Part shown: piece after piece, positions 13,305 through 28,561 of the stretch
Layout: every line of letters begins with the position of its first letter
Position numbering within the stretch: the first letter of the stretch is position 1
Assembly: GCA_951406725.2 (NCBI GenBank)
Contig: OX597840.1
Span: 2,976,001 to 3,040,000, forward strand
Reading direction: 5' to 3'
Source: Octopus vulgaris
Taxonomy: Eukaryota
DNA: 64,000 nucleotides
The notes under the pieces: generated by a model
Seen by the model: the letters and a program-made list of their open reading frames with translations, nothing else
Database searches by the model: none
What the model was told of the DNA's origin: nothing
Translations under genes and position numbers: made by a program

Positions 13305-14078
13305 ATTTCATTACTACCCACAAGGGGCTAAACACAGAGGGGATAAATAAGGACAGACAAAGGGATTAAGTCGATTATATCGACCCAGTGCGAAACTGGT
13401 ACTTCATTTATCGACCCCGAGAGGATGAAAGGCAAAGTCGACCTCGGCAGAATTTGAACTCAGAACGTAACGACAGACGAAATGCCTATTTCTTTACTAC
13501 CCACAAGGGGCTAAACATAGAGGGGACAAGCAAGAACAGACATAGGTATTAAGTCGATTACATAGACCCAGTGCGAAACTGGTACTTCATTTATCGACCC
13601 CGAGTGGATGAATGGCAAAGTCGACCCTGGCGGAATTTGAACTCAGAACGTAACGGCAGACGAAATACCTATTTCTTTACTACCCACAAAGGGGCTAAAC
13701 ATAGAGGAGTCAAACAAGGACAGAGAAAGGGGTTAAGTCGATTACATCGACCCAGTGCGAAACTGGTACTTCATTTATCGACCCCGAAAGGATGAAAGGC
13801 AAAGTCGACCTCGGCGGAATTTGAACTCAGAACGTAACGGCAGACGAAATACCTATTTCTTTACTACCCACAAAGGGGCTAAACATAGAGGAGTCAAACA
13901 AGGACAGAGAAAGGGGTTAAGTCGATTACATCGACCCAGTTCGAAACTGGTACTTCATTTATTGACCCCGAGAGAATGAAAGGCAAAGTCGACCCTGGCG
14001 GAATTTGAACTCAGAACGTAACGCCAGACGAAATACCGCTAAGCATTTTTCCCGGCACGCTAACGTTTCCGCCAGCTC
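13305..14078 (-). mobile_element. SINE-A tetramer: one head plus four ~183-bp body units
   Basis: Unit junction GACGAAATRCC/TATTTCTTTACTACCCAC repeated near 13487, 13670 and 13853. Confidence 0.9.
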
Positions 14079-14554
14079 ATAGATAGTAAGAAACATCTTT
14101 TAAATGACATACATGTGAACGTTTTTGCTGCAGATTTCGTGCGCGCAGATTAGAGAACTCAGATTTGATCTTTTTCGCGGGGGCATCGCGATCTCGTATC
14201 TCAAATCTATCGAAGAAGAAAAGGTGCGCCATTACGCTACAAATCATCAACGTAACTATCAATATAAATTAAGGAGTTCCTACATGCCAACAGGGTGTGA
14301 CCTTTGTGATGACTGTGCATTTGTCTAAAAGCAGAACACTTCTTCATGCATTGCCTGTCAATTGGCTGAAGCAACATTAAAGGCATCGTCATTTATGGTA
14401 TATTTGTGAATAAGTCACTAACCGAAATCAGTGGATCTATTGTTGAACGAGTCTGCCGCAGTTTTCATACGCGCACGAAGTTAAATGTCAAGAGGCGATA
14501 AAATACATCACTAAGGATAGCTATTGTTCTGGCTGTCTACCTGTAAGGACTTAT

Positions 14555-14952
14555 TGTTTTTAACTAAGAACTATAGCTTTTGCTAGCTTATGGAAAAATT
14601 GAGGATTTGATTTCGATTCTAGGGCTAGCTGGATAGCAAACGAAAATGCATCCCACGCGTTTTCTTACAGTTTCTGTAATAAATCGAGGTATTTATTATG
14701 CATTTTTCATTTAATATATATAGGAAAATGAATGGGTTATTTCCCTTAGCTGTTACAGGAAATATATGGATTTTATATGTGTGTACCCATTCTAGGGAAC
14801 CTAGCTATCCAATTATAGATTTTTGCTAAACTCCAATGAGGCTAGTAATAAACTAGATGTTATTTTAACATGTTTGCAAAGTTTCACGAAAATTCGTTAA
14901 CGGGTGTAGACGGCAACTTAACACAGACTTTCCAACAGACAATTTGCGTTTA

Positions 14953-14958
<6 letters not shown>
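14555..14958 (-). mobile_element. Possible diverged Helitron-like element
   Basis: Minus-strand start TATATAAACGCAAATTGTCTGT resembles the 5' end of the 2672 Helitron and shares a TGAAACTT motif; no clear CTAG/hairpin end. Confidence 0.35.
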
Positions 14959-15029
<71 letters not shown>

Positions 15030-15037
<8 letters not shown>

Positions 15038-15605
15038 ATTTAATTGACCCCGAAAAGGACGAAAAGCAAAGTCGACCTGGGCGGAATTTGAACTCAGAAC
15101 TTAAAGACAGGCGAAATACCTATTTCTTTACTACCCACAAGGGGCTAAACACAGAGAGGATAAACAAGGACAGACAAACGGATTAAGTCGATTATATCGA
15201 ACCCAGTGCGTAACTGGTACTTAATTTAATCGACCCCAAAAGGATGAAAGGCAAAGTCGACCTCGGTGAAATTTGAACTCAGAACGTAACGGCAGACGAA
15301 ATACCTATTTCTTTACTACCCACAAGGGGCTAAACACAGAGGGGACAAACAAGGACAGACAAACGGATTAAGTCGATTATATCGACCCCAGTGCGTAACT
15401 GGTACTTAATTTATCGACCCCGTAAGGATGAAAGGCAAAGTCGACCTCGATGGAATTTGAACTCAGAACGTAACGGTAGACGAAATACGGCTACGCATTT
15501 CGCCCGGCGTGCCAAATGTTTCTGCCAGCTCTCCGCCTTAACCAGCTCTCCGCCAGACGAAATACCGCTAAGCATTTCGTCTAGTGTGCTAACGTGTCTG
15601 CCGTT
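15030..15605 (-). mobile_element. SINE-A trimer plus an extra head fragment
   Basis: Same unit junctions near 15120 and 15306. Confidence 0.88.
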
Positions 15606-15641
15606 AATATGTCAGGGGCTGTAACAGAAATCATTGCCATA

Positions 15642-16040
15642 GTTAGCTCCACAGGGAACCTGATGTATTTTCGCCTACGTAGCGTTCATCATGTGCTTGA
15701 GGTCTTTCAACATCAGACAGCCTCAGCCGGGGCCGATCATATCACAGCCTGTTACCAGTAGCATTGCACTTTGGATGGTTTACACTTGATACTCAGTTAC
15801 GGAGGCCTGAACTTTACTCCCTCCGCAGAACAACTGATGACGTTTTGCCTACTAAAAGTTCAACAATTGTTTCGGGTTTTTCAGCCTCAAACACCTAGAT
15901 ACTGAAGACCCAACCTAGCTGCATTGTTCCCCGTCTCGTGTCCACCCACTAGCATCAGCCCTTTCAGAGCTTGAACCAAATCCACAAAGACATGGTCCAC
16001 CCGTAGCTACCTTCTGACCCACATAGCCATTCCTGAGCTT
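15642..16040 (-). mobile_element. Inverted homolog of the 12001-12230 HERO-like array
   Basis: 15648-15832 is the reverse complement of about 12026-12222 with a short deletion; extent beyond 15832 uncertain. Confidence 0.6.
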
Positions 16041-16457
16041 ATACATAGAAAGCATATTTATCAATCCTCCATACTGGAACCAAAGACATCATTGACATCA
16101 GAAACACTTCAACATCTCAAAGTTGCAGGCCCCATCACTCCCCGACCTCAATAACGCTTTTCTTTTCTAAAAAAAAACAACAACAAAAAAAGACAAATGC
16201 ATAAGTCTAAAAGGACATAAGACGGATGGTCACGCATGGAGTACGCTTATGTATGGGTGTATTGTGTCAGATTCTGATCTGGGGCTGAACGACCACAACA
16301 GCCTGAGGATGAATAACAAAAGTGTTGATGGTATTATATAAATGCTTATCATTCCGAAAGACACACCTCCGCCATAACCTCTTACAAAAGGAACAAAAAA
16401 AATCACTGATAGAGCAGGACAGATTTTTGATGCCCTGTATCAGAAGCACATAATCAC

Positions 16458-16488
<31 letters not shown>

Positions 16489-16599
16489 AACACACACACA
16501 CACACACATATATATATACAAAATCAAACACACTGAAACACAAGCAAATTTACATAATCACACGCACACAAATATTCACATATAAGCATGTTAACACAA

Positions 16600-16642
<43 letters not shown>

Positions 16643-16933
16643 CACATATATATGTATATCCAGTGTATAGATATATGAATGCACATACACACATACACCC
16701 ACAAGCGCACAAACACACACGCACATACACACACACATATATTCACAAAAACACGCACACACACACACACACACACATATATACATATATACATAAGCTC
16801 TTTAGTGTATATATATATATGTGTATACAGTGTATATATATATATATATGAATACACATACACCCACAAACACACAAACACACACGCACAGATTCAAACA
16901 CACACACAAACACACATACACACACACACACAT

Positions 16934-16986
<53 letters not shown>

Positions 16987-17518
16987 TATATATACTCATA
17001 TAGACACACAGAGACAAATATACACACCAGTTCATTTATATACGAGTTTCTTCAATATAGAATATATGGCGTTATCTCCATTAGATTATTCACGCCCTCC
17101 CCCCTATCCTCACTAGTCGAGAGGACGATAGAGACAAAAGAACTTATAGAAACACACACACACACACACACACACATACACACACACACACACAGAGATA
17201 GTCACATACATAGTACCAAAAAGTAACAAAACAACAAGTGAAGCTCCGACCATGCAAAAAAAAAAATGAATAATAATATTAAAAAAAAAAATAATAATCT
17301 AGAGAGAAACAGAAATCAATATGGAAGTACGACCAAGATATAAATTCTTCAAAGTCTTTGCAGAAATGGTTATTGATAAGTTGGCCTCCTTTCTCCAAGA
17401 TTTTTCGTCTTTTCAATACAGCATAAAATGCTTGGAACTAACATGCGTGAAACAGATATGTCTTTAATAGAAGCTAAATCACAGATCAACACCCACCTTC
17501 ACGTGTGTGCGTGTGTGT

Positions 17519-17596
<78 letters not shown>

Positions 17597-17687
17597 ATAT
17601 ATATCCATAGTCACGTGGATGTATAGTCATATAGGCACATACGCGGAAACGAGCGTAGAAATACACACGCACACACGTGTGTGTGTG

Positions 17688-17739
<52 letters not shown>

Positions 17740-17782
17740 GAGAGAGAGAGAGACAGACAGACAGACAGATAGACAGACAGAC

Positions 17783-18415
<633 letters not shown>

Positions 18416-18529
18416 ACGGAAATATTTACAAAACATTCCACTTAACATTGTTTTTTCAATTTCATTATTTTTTTTCTATTTTACTCTCAGTGGGAAAAGT
18501 CTAACAGACGGAAACCGATGCTAAATTGA

Positions 18530-18762
18530 AGGCGACGAGCTGGCAGAGACGTTTGCACGACGGGAGAAATGCTTTGTCATATTTCGTCCGCTGCTCCATT
18601 CTGAGTTCAAATACCGCCGAAGTCGACTTTGCCTTTCATCCTATCGGGGTCGATAAATTAAGTACCAGTTACGCACTGGCGTCGATGTAATCAACTTACT
18701 CCGTTTCTCTGTCCTTGTTTGTCCTCCCTATGTTTAGCCCCTTGTGGGCAATAAAGAAATAA
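18530..18762 (+). mobile_element. Monomeric SINE-A with degenerate TSD
   Basis: GGAAACCGATGCTAAATTG before, GGAAAACCATACTAAATTG after. Confidence 0.85.
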
Positions 18763-18839
18763 GGAAAACCATACTAAATTGTACACCTAGATAAAATTCT
18801 TTTAGCATATTTTAGCATTGCCTTATTATTTTAGCATTG

Positions 18840-18895
<56 letters not shown>

Positions 18896-18898
<3 letters not shown>

Positions 18899-19057
18899 CG
18901 GTGCATCGCTTTGTGGTAAGAAGCTTGTTTCCCAACCACATGGTTCTGGGTTCAGTCCCGCAGCGTGGCACCTTGGGCAATTGTCTTCTACTATAGCCTC
19001 GGTCCGACTAAAGCCTTGTGAGTGGATATGGTAGAAAGAAACTGAAAGAAGCCCGTC

Positions 19058-19114
<57 letters not shown>

Positions 19115-19320
19115 TATGTGTGTGTGTGTTTGTCTCGACCACCATCGCTTGACAACCGATATTGGTGTATTTACGTCCCCACAACTTTGCGATTCAGCAA
19201 AGCAGACAGATACAATAAGTACTAGGCTTACAAAGAATAAATCCTGAGGACGATTTCTCCTACCAAAACACAATGCTCCAGCATGGTCGCAGTCAAATAA
19301 CTGAAACACGTAAAGAAATG
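18896..19320 (+). mobile_element. SINE-B
   Basis: Head to tail match. Confidence 0.85.
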
Positions 19321-19354
19321 TATCTATATGTATGTTCGTAGAGAGAAAAAAATA

Positions 19355-19577
19355 TACGAGCGGTGGAGTTGAAAATTTCCTGGATTTCGGTAAATGAATA
19401 TACATAAGGACCAATTAAATATAATTTTATTCACCACATTCTCCTCTAAGATTCACATACATATCGCACCGGTCCTTCATTTTTTCTAAACCCTGTAAAA
19501 GAACTCGGAATGCTGGGCCTACACCCAGGCCTTTCGCGACACCCTTAAATCCAAGAACATTTCAGCACCCCGTCGTA
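19355..19577. mobile_element. Mariner-type MITE
   Basis: TA-flanked imperfect TIRs TACGAG.GGTG..TGAAA.TT.CTGG; inverted homolog at 50843-51050. Confidence 0.65.
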
Positions 19578-19843
19578 TATGTGAGTATCTATGTGAGTGC
19601 CTTTGTACTTGTTTTTATTCTTTCCGACCGTTTGACAACTCTTCAGTTTATATCCTAGTGCCGTAGCGGTTTGACATAAGAGAACGATAAAATTATCATC
19701 TTTTATATAAAAATCAAAAACACTTCAAGGCAATGCCCCAGCTTTGGCCATGGTGCAATAACTGAAAAAGTAGAAGTTAAATATAGACAATATTAATGTG
19801 TGCGTGTGCGCGTCTGGTTGCTTGTGTGTGTATACATATACAC

Positions 19844-19933
<90 letters not shown>

Positions 19934-19984
19934 CTCTAGTTTAAGCTCAGAGCTGCGGCCATGCTGATGCCCCGCCGTTTAAAT

Positions 19985-20234
19985 AAATGCGCCCATTTAA
20001 AGCCCGGCCAGGCTCATGGGCCCGGTTTCCCGGTTTTTATGGCGTATGTGGTCCCCAGCTGGAGGGGACGCCAGTCCATCGCAGCGTTACTCACTTTTGC
20101 CAGCTGAGTGGACTGGAGCAATGTGAAATGAAGTGTTTTGCTCAAGAGCACAACGCGTCACCAGCTCCAGGTATCTAAACCACAATCTCACGATCATGGT
20201 GCTGACACCATAACCACTAAGCCACGCGCCTCCA

Positions 20235-20235
<1 letters not shown>
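19985..20235 (-). mobile_element. SINE-C (tRNA-derived)
   Basis: Head GGAGGCGCGTGGCTTAGTGGTT, body CTTGAGCAAAACACTTCATTTCAC; homologs at 26610-26860 and 30160-30336. Confidence 0.85.
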
Positions 20236-20309
<74 letters not shown>

Positions 20310-20327
20310 CTCTGTATGTATATGTAT

Positions 20328-20416
<89 letters not shown>

Positions 20417-20418
<2 letters not shown>

Positions 20419-20689
20419 GGAAGGTTTACGAAAATAAACAAAAGACGAAGGCAGGTGGAGTACAAACAAATAATGTATTAGTATGGCGCTCAATAGTTAA
20501 TCCAAACATGAAAACACAAAGAGAGAGCACAACAACGCGAGGACGTGGAACAAATATAGTATTATTGGACGCTCAGGAAAGAAGGAGGGTTTAACGTTTT
20601 GAGCGGAGCTCTTCGTAGGAAACATAGGAAAAGGAAAGATCCAGAGAAGGGAGACGGAGGAAGAAAATCGCCAACGATACACACGTGGT

Positions 20690-20720
<31 letters not shown>

Positions 20721-20775
20721 TATATTTGTTCCACGTCCTCGCGTTCTGTTTTTTTGTGCTTTCTTGTTTGGATTA

Positions 20776-20780
<5 letters not shown>
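20417..20780 (-). mobile_element. Penelope-type mini-element with hammerhead-like fold, two stacked tails and an inverted arm (20718-20778)
   Basis: Minus strand GTTT-CCTACGA-A-GAGC-TCC-GCTC-AAAAC-GTT-AAAC at 20589-20623; TA tracts on both sides; tails recur at 26511-26590, 34586-34635 and 47121-47211. Confidence 0.6.
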
Positions 20781-20849
<69 letters not shown>

Positions 20850-20893
20850 GTATGTATAGATGTTTATATATATATATATATATTTAAAAATCT

Positions 20894-20930
<37 letters not shown>

Positions 20931-21962
20931 CACACACATAGGTATAAATTATTCACGTCAAAAGAAGTTCTAAGCGAGAGAACGTAAAATAAATCTTTGT
21001 TGGAAATGTGGATCTCGAAGTATATATGCAGCTATAAAAAGAGCATGTGAAAGAGATTTTTCATTCAATATTTACCTTAGATCCATTTTTCCAAAAGGAA
21101 TCTTAAGTATATTTTATTGTACATGTGCGTGGGTGTGTGTATATATGTGTGTGTGCGTGTGTTGTGTATAGCATATTTATACCTGTGTAAATATATGCAT
21201 ATATATGTTCATGCTCACACATACATAAATACATAAATACTTACACACAATAATACATACATGCGTACGTACATACATACATACATACGTACTACATACA
21301 TACATACATACATACATACATACGTACTACATAATACATATATATATACATACGTACATACATGCATACATACATTCATAGAGGGCAATTCGAGAATCTG
21401 ATTATAATAAGCAAGATTTTGGTAAAAGCAAAAAGCAAAAAGCCATAAGCAGACTGTTCTCCTTACTAAAAGCAAATACGATAATATCTTACATATGTAA
21501 TATAGAGAATGGTGGAAAAAAATCTTCAGATGAAGCGAGATTATCGAAACAATTAGAACCTAAAAACTCCCTTTAGGAGTGTGACAGAGAACTGTATAAA
21601 CAGTAGAAAAGAGGCTTAGCTGAATTATTCATTTTCACAGAATGTACTCGAAGACAATTAGCTTTTGGAAGCTTCTTTCATCTGCGAATCTGTATTCCCA
21701 AAGCAGTGTGTTTGAATTAAGCACTGCAAATTACCAAATGTATGCCGTTGCTGCTGCTACGATTTCTCGTTATATGCTAGCTGTTTACGACAGCAGTGTA
21801 AACCGAGCTGTTTAAGTGTTCGCTATTTGGCTTTAGAATTTGGAAATGTGTTATATAGATGGAGGTGATTTGATACCAGATGCGGAATACCTCAGTGGGC
21901 TATGTATATCAATATACCTAGCTATCTGTCTCTCCTCTCTCTCACTCACTCCCTGATATATA

Positions 21963-22009
<47 letters not shown>

Positions 22010-22039
22010 TTATTAGAGACAAAACCACTATTTTGCAAA

Positions 22040-22102
<63 letters not shown>

Positions 22103-22173
22103 CTCAGTTTATTAATCTATACTTCTACTTCAATTCTAATCTGTTTTACCCTCGCTCTCTCTCTACATCCATC

Positions 22174-22226
<53 letters not shown>

Positions 22227-22418
22227 AGAGAGAGAGAGAGGGAGATTTATATAGATTAATATATATAAAAATATTTATATATGAATATATACAGAAATAC
22301 ATGTATATATATATATACAGACATAAACATAATATGTAATATTTAATATAAACATGGATATCATACATAATATATATGTATATATAAATGTGTATATATA
22401 TATATATATATGTATGTA

Positions 22419-22449
<31 letters not shown>

Positions 22450-22470
22450 GTGTCTGTGTATATATACATA

Positions 22471-22555
<85 letters not shown>

Positions 22556-22670
22556 TATATGCAGACAGATACATACATAAGGATAGAAGGAGAATTACAT
22601 ACACATAGAATCATTTACAAACATCGATATAGAAATCAGTATATACACACACATACATACATACATAAAC

Positions 22671-22722
<52 letters not shown>

Positions 22723-23090
22723 CACACGCTACAAGGACAGAAAATCATATTATGGTTTGGCATATTCTATCGGTTATCATTTTCACGCATGTTAGAAGCG
22801 AAACAGATATTTTTTTACGCTTTATTAAAACGTCCAGTTACTTTGGAATAGATTTCCTTAAATTTACCAATTCCATTTCATTTCCATCTTTCGAAATATA
22901 TTAGATAATTATATTTGATAGAATTATCGGTATGAATATATTTTCAGCCGTCTAAATCTGCGTAGAGTATTCCTGTGGGTGGGTGGGTGTTGGTGCGTGT
23001 ACTCTATAATATATATGTGTTTGTGTGCGCATATGCGTATATATTTATATATGTATATATATTTACACATTACGTATACATGTATATATA

Positions 23091-23138
<48 letters not shown>

Positions 23139-23200
23139 TTTGATACTTTGATAGGTTTCGGCCATTATTGGCCCAGGCCATGTCTAACTTAATAGCACCA

Positions 23201-23237
<37 letters not shown>

Positions 23238-23243
<6 letters not shown>

Positions 23244-23470
23244 TTTATTTAAAAGCAGCAGAAATTTAACAAAAGCTCTTACTTGGAGTTTCACGTTCCG
23301 TTCGTCGGACAGTTTTGTTAACAAAACTGTCCGACGAACAGGAATCTGAAACTCCGAGTAACAGCTTTTGTTAAATTACTGCTACTTTTAAATAAAGCAT
23401 ATTACTCTACCTCTGCTATTTGAGTACTCTTTTTTCCACCTTCTCTCACATTTATGCATTTACTCCGGTA
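23238..23470. mobile_element. Palindromic Penelope-type mini-element with a hammerhead on each strand
   Basis: Inverted arms centred on GTTAAC at 23317-23322; tail to 23470; in (TA)n; same family as 36902-37133. Confidence 0.8.
23327..23364 (+). ncRNA. Minimal type I hammerhead (U4C variant)
   Basis: CTGT-CCGACGA-..-GAAACTC-C-GAGTA-ACAG; the minus-strand copy keeps stem II ACG-GAA-CGT. Confidence 0.7.
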
Positions 23471-23898
23471 TATATATATATTTATATATATATAGGCACA
23501 GGAGTGGCTGTGTGGAAAGAAGCTTGCTTCCCAACCACATGAGTTGGCGTTCAGTCCCACTACATGGCACCTTGGGTAGGCTTACAAAGAGGTAATGAGA
23601 GGTAATGGTGTCAAGAAGACGCAAAGGTGTCAAGCAATGCTGAGTAAGAGCTGAGGACGGACAGATATTTAAGCACCAGGTTCGGTTATTATGCGAATTA
23701 GGACTCCAACGTTGGTTATATATTAGTATGCATATATATAAAAAATATTAACAGAATAAGGTAAAAATATACAAGGGTGTGAAAGATTTCAGAACGTTTA
23801 TAAAGAGGTCTTACGGCTGTTTCCGGGACATTTTAAATATCCCTTCATCGGAGACGGTGCGAGAAAATGATTAAGCAATAGTTACACTATTAATGGTT

Positions 23899-24222
23899 GT
23901 CTCAGTGGTTAGAACGTCGAGCTTACGATCGTGAGGTTGTGAGCTCGAATCCCGGACCGCGCTGCGTGTTGTGTTCTTGAGCAAAGCACTTTATTTCACG
24001 TTGCTCCAGTTCACTCATCTGTAGAAATGAGTTGCGACGTCACAGGTGCCAAGCTGTATCGACCTTTGCCTTTCCCTTGGATAACACTGGCGGCATGAAT
24101 AGGGGAGGCCGGTATGCATGGGCGAATGCTGGTCTTCCATAAACAACCTTGCCCGGACTTGTGTCTAGGAGGGTAACTTTCTAGGTGCAATCCCATGGTC
24201 ATTCATGACCGAAGGGGGTTTT
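23899..24222 (+). mobile_element. tRNA-derived SINE with 9-bp TSD
   Basis: CTCAGTGGTTAGA..GAGCTCGAATCCC head; TSD TTAATGGTT at 23890-23898 and 24223-24231. Confidence 0.88.
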
Positions 24223-24260
24223 TTAATGGTTAAAGTATTGCTTAAACATCTTCTCACACC

Positions 24261-24308
24261 GTCTCCGATGAAGGGATATATAAAATATCCCGGAAACAGC
24301 TGCAAGAC
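24261..24308 (+). ncRNA. Type I hammerhead (U4C variant); inverted copy at 23808-23855
   Basis: GTCT-CCGATGA-A-GGGATAT/ATATCCC-G-GAAAC-AGCT-GCA-AGAC; the minus copy has the GTA triplet. Confidence 0.72.
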
Positions 24309-24441
24309 CTTCTCTTTATAAATGTTCTGAAATCTTTCACAGCCCCGGAGTTTTATCTCATTCTGTTAATTATATATATATATATACAATTATAAGGGAG
24401 AAAACATTCCATGCAAACTTATTTGTATGTATATACACAGA

Positions 24442-24480
<39 letters not shown>

Positions 24481-24969
24481 ACAAACACACACACACAAAC
24501 ACACACACACACACACACACACGGGTGCGCACACACACCCAGAACCATGTGGTTGGAAAGCATGCCGCTTGCCACACAGCCACTCCTGCGCCTATAAAAA
24601 ATACATATATACATATACATATGCATCTATACACATGTGCGATGAGCTATGAATTTATATAAAGCTGCAATATACGTAAATATATACATATATACATATA
24701 TCTCTATATATATACACACACTCACATATATATACATATGTATGTATATATATATATATACATATATGTATGTGCGTATGTATGTATAAGAAGAACGAAT
24801 GAGATCTAGAAGTCATGAGGTTCATTTTCAGGCCCCTCTACTGAACTTTCTGATTAATGTCACGGTGAACATAAAAAAATATGTCAGCTGTCATGTCATT
24901 AATTTTATAAACACTATACCTGTATAATTACTATAATTACTATACCTGTATAATTATTATACCTGTATT

Positions 24970-25026
<57 letters not shown>

Positions 25027-25691
25027 TAGAGACAAAACCACTATTAGGCAAATCAAACAATGAAAGACTTAAGCCAATACATATGATTAATTTATATTAT
25101 TTAAATATGTAACAAAATTATCAAAAAATATAATTAATATATATATATATGTTTGGATGTATATATATATATGTGTGTGTGTGTGTGTTTATATATATAT
25201 GTATGTATGTATGTATATATATGAACATACACAGTTATGTGTCTGTGTATATATGTTTTTGTGTCTCTGTGTAACATCAAGATTACTTTATCTTGTAGTT
25301 ACTATTTTGATGGTGTCGTTGTTCTTATGTCGATGAAAACAATATCAATTCCATTGAGATTTCAAGTTCAAAAATGTATATTTTATCATTAACAGAACTT
25401 TCTACCAATGGCAGAAATATATTTACACAATTCAAACAGTTAAACAGTCTCCAGGAGATGGGATGCGTGTCATGGTGTTAGACAGCGGTCTGTCTAACAC
25501 CATACGAAAATTATCGCCATTTTGATACGATAGTGTTGATGGCAGCAAGCTCAGATGTTTAGCTGTATCGCCATCGTTATCATCCTCATTCAGTGGTCTT
25601 ATCACTTCGGCCACATTGTTGCAGTTGCTATTCCGGTACCGTAGCCATTGCTGTGATGTTTCAAGTTGTCTTACGAACGCACTAACTGCAT

Positions 25692-25912
25692 ACTCTTTAC
25701 TCTTTACTCTTTTACTTGTTTCAGTCATTTGACTGCGGCCATGCTGGAGCACCGCCTTTAGTCGAGCAAATCGACCCCGGGACTTATTCTTTGTAAGCCT
25801 GGTACTTATTCTATCGGTCTCTTTTTGCCGAACCGCTAAGTGACGGGGACGTAAACACACCAGCATCGGTTGTCAAGCAATGCTAGGGGGACAAACACAG
25901 ACACACAAACAT

Positions 25913-25954
<42 letters not shown>

Positions 25955-26118
25955 GACAGTCTTCTTTCAGTTACCGTCTACCAAATCCACTCACAAGGCA
26001 TTGGTCGGCCCGAGGCTATAGCAGAAGACATTTGCCCAAGATGCCACGCAGTGGGACTGAACCCGAAACCATGTGGTTGGTTAGCAAGCTACTTACCACA
26101 CAGCCACTCCTGCGCCTG
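25692..26118 (-). mobile_element. Full-length SINE-B
   Basis: Consensus-like head to tail. Confidence 0.92.
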
Positions 26119-26451
26119 AAAAGAATGTGAAAAGAAAATTTTATATCTAGCTTCTTCTCTCAACAGAAGACAATCAGCAGGAAAAGATGGTACCGCTAAC
26201 GAAGTCCAATTACGAGAGATGTGCGAGTGATCCTTGTTTTACTGACGTCAACAGTAATTGAGCGTCTTAGTGCAGTGATCTCTGCAAGCTCTCTGACTGG
26301 TCAACTGTGAGCTCATGTCATCGATGCCTCACAAGAATACTGATTGTCGAAAGTTAGCAGCAGGGTTTAGATTCCAAGACATTTTGGGACTGCCATATAT
26401 TCCTGATAAACACACGCGCACACACATACATACATACATACATACATACAT

Positions 26452-26485
<34 letters not shown>

Positions 26486-26609
26486 GCACATATATATACG
26501 CATATATATATTGAGCGCCATACTAATACATTTGTTTGTTTGTACTCCACCTGCCTTCGTCTTTTGTTTATTTTCGTAAACCTTCCCGTTATATATATAT
26601 ATATAATAA

Positions 26610-26860
26610 ACAAATGCGCCCTTTTAAAGCCTAGTCAGGCTCATGCGCCCGGTTTCCCGGTTACAATGGCGTATGTCTTTCCCAGCTGGATGGGACGCCA
26701 GTCCATCGCAGCGATACTCATTTTTGCCAGCTGAGTGGACTGGAGCAACGTGAAATGAAGTGTTTTGCTCAAGAACATAACGCGTCGCCCAGTCCAGGAA
26801 TCGAAACCACAACCTTGCGATCATGATGCTGCCACACTAACCACTAAGCCACGCGCCTCC
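26610..26860 (-). mobile_element. SINE-C
   Basis: Homologous to 19985-20235. Confidence 0.85.
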
Positions 26861-26872
26861 ACACACACACAC

Positions 26873-27290
<418 letters not shown>

Positions 27291-27821
27291 CTACAACATT
27301 CACTAAAACACCTATTGTCTGATCTAGGGTTATAAAGAAACCACAGCAATGTTCGCAGCATTGCAGAGTGATCTAACTGCATCTTCAATACCTATCACTC
27401 CACACGTTGTGCATGTTTTATCAAATGCTCAAACAATAATTAATGAGACTGCTAACGCTGCAGATCTTGTTTTTTTGTTATCTTCGATCACAATGTATAT
27501 TGGACTACAAAACACCAAGTGACCTCATCTTCATTATATGTCATCACACATGTATTATTGCGAATGACATGAAATGGGTGGATTTGTTAAATGTTCGAGA
27601 ATTTATTCAGGAAATGTAGCGATAAATCAAATGTTTATTGCCATCCAGCAGCCATTTTGTTTTAGTACGACAAAAGAATTGGTCACGTAATAAAATATAT
27701 CGTATTGTCGATACTATAAAAATATTGAATAAAACAATGTATACACACACACATCCACACACACATACACACACACACATGCATGCATGCACAGACAGAC
27801 AGAGAGGCAGACAGTCAAATC

Positions 27822-27897
<76 letters not shown>

Positions 27898-28018
27898 GAT
27901 ACATACATACATACATATACAGATGGATAGATAGATATATTGATATATATATATATGTGCATACATACACACATAAACATACACACACACACACGCACAG
28001 AGAGACAGACAGACAGAC

Positions 28019-28067
<49 letters not shown>

Positions 28068-28496
28068 CATAAATAGTTGGATGGATAGGTAGATAGATGT
28101 ATTGATATATATATATATATATATGCATACATAGACGCATAAACATACACACACATACACACACATACACAAACACACACACACACACATATATATGGTC
28201 TTTATCAGTATAATAACCCCAGTATGAGACAGCTGTGAAATATACAAGTGTGTGTGTGTATGTGTGTATCTGTGTGTTTATAGATGTACGGGTGAATGTA
28301 CGTTTGTGTGTACGAAGGAGAACGTCGCTGACCATTCCGTTGATAAATTACAATAAAATTTGAAAGCTAATGTGTATTATATTAATACAAAATCCGCATT
28401 GTTTTTCTCTCACTTTTTATAGCTACACCACGACTCCAGGGCATAATCTAAGACGAAATGACAAAGTACAACCAAACATGTGACGGGGGTGAGAGG

Positions 28497-28541
<45 letters not shown>

Positions 28542-28561
28542 CATGCATACACATATATATA

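Larger units (their letters stand above)
23735..24380. mobile_element. Older hairpin mini-element with inverted hammerheads, split at its apex by a SINE
   Basis: Diverged inverted arms about 23745-23885 / 24232-24372. Confidence 0.75.

Noticed and set aside
13305-14078. tRNA gene cluster
   Set aside because: Only A/B-box-like SINE heads; no complete cloverleaf seen
21520-21560. CAGATGA..CGAAACAATT hammerhead-like string
   Set aside because: Core, stem II and cleavage triplet all imperfect; could be chance
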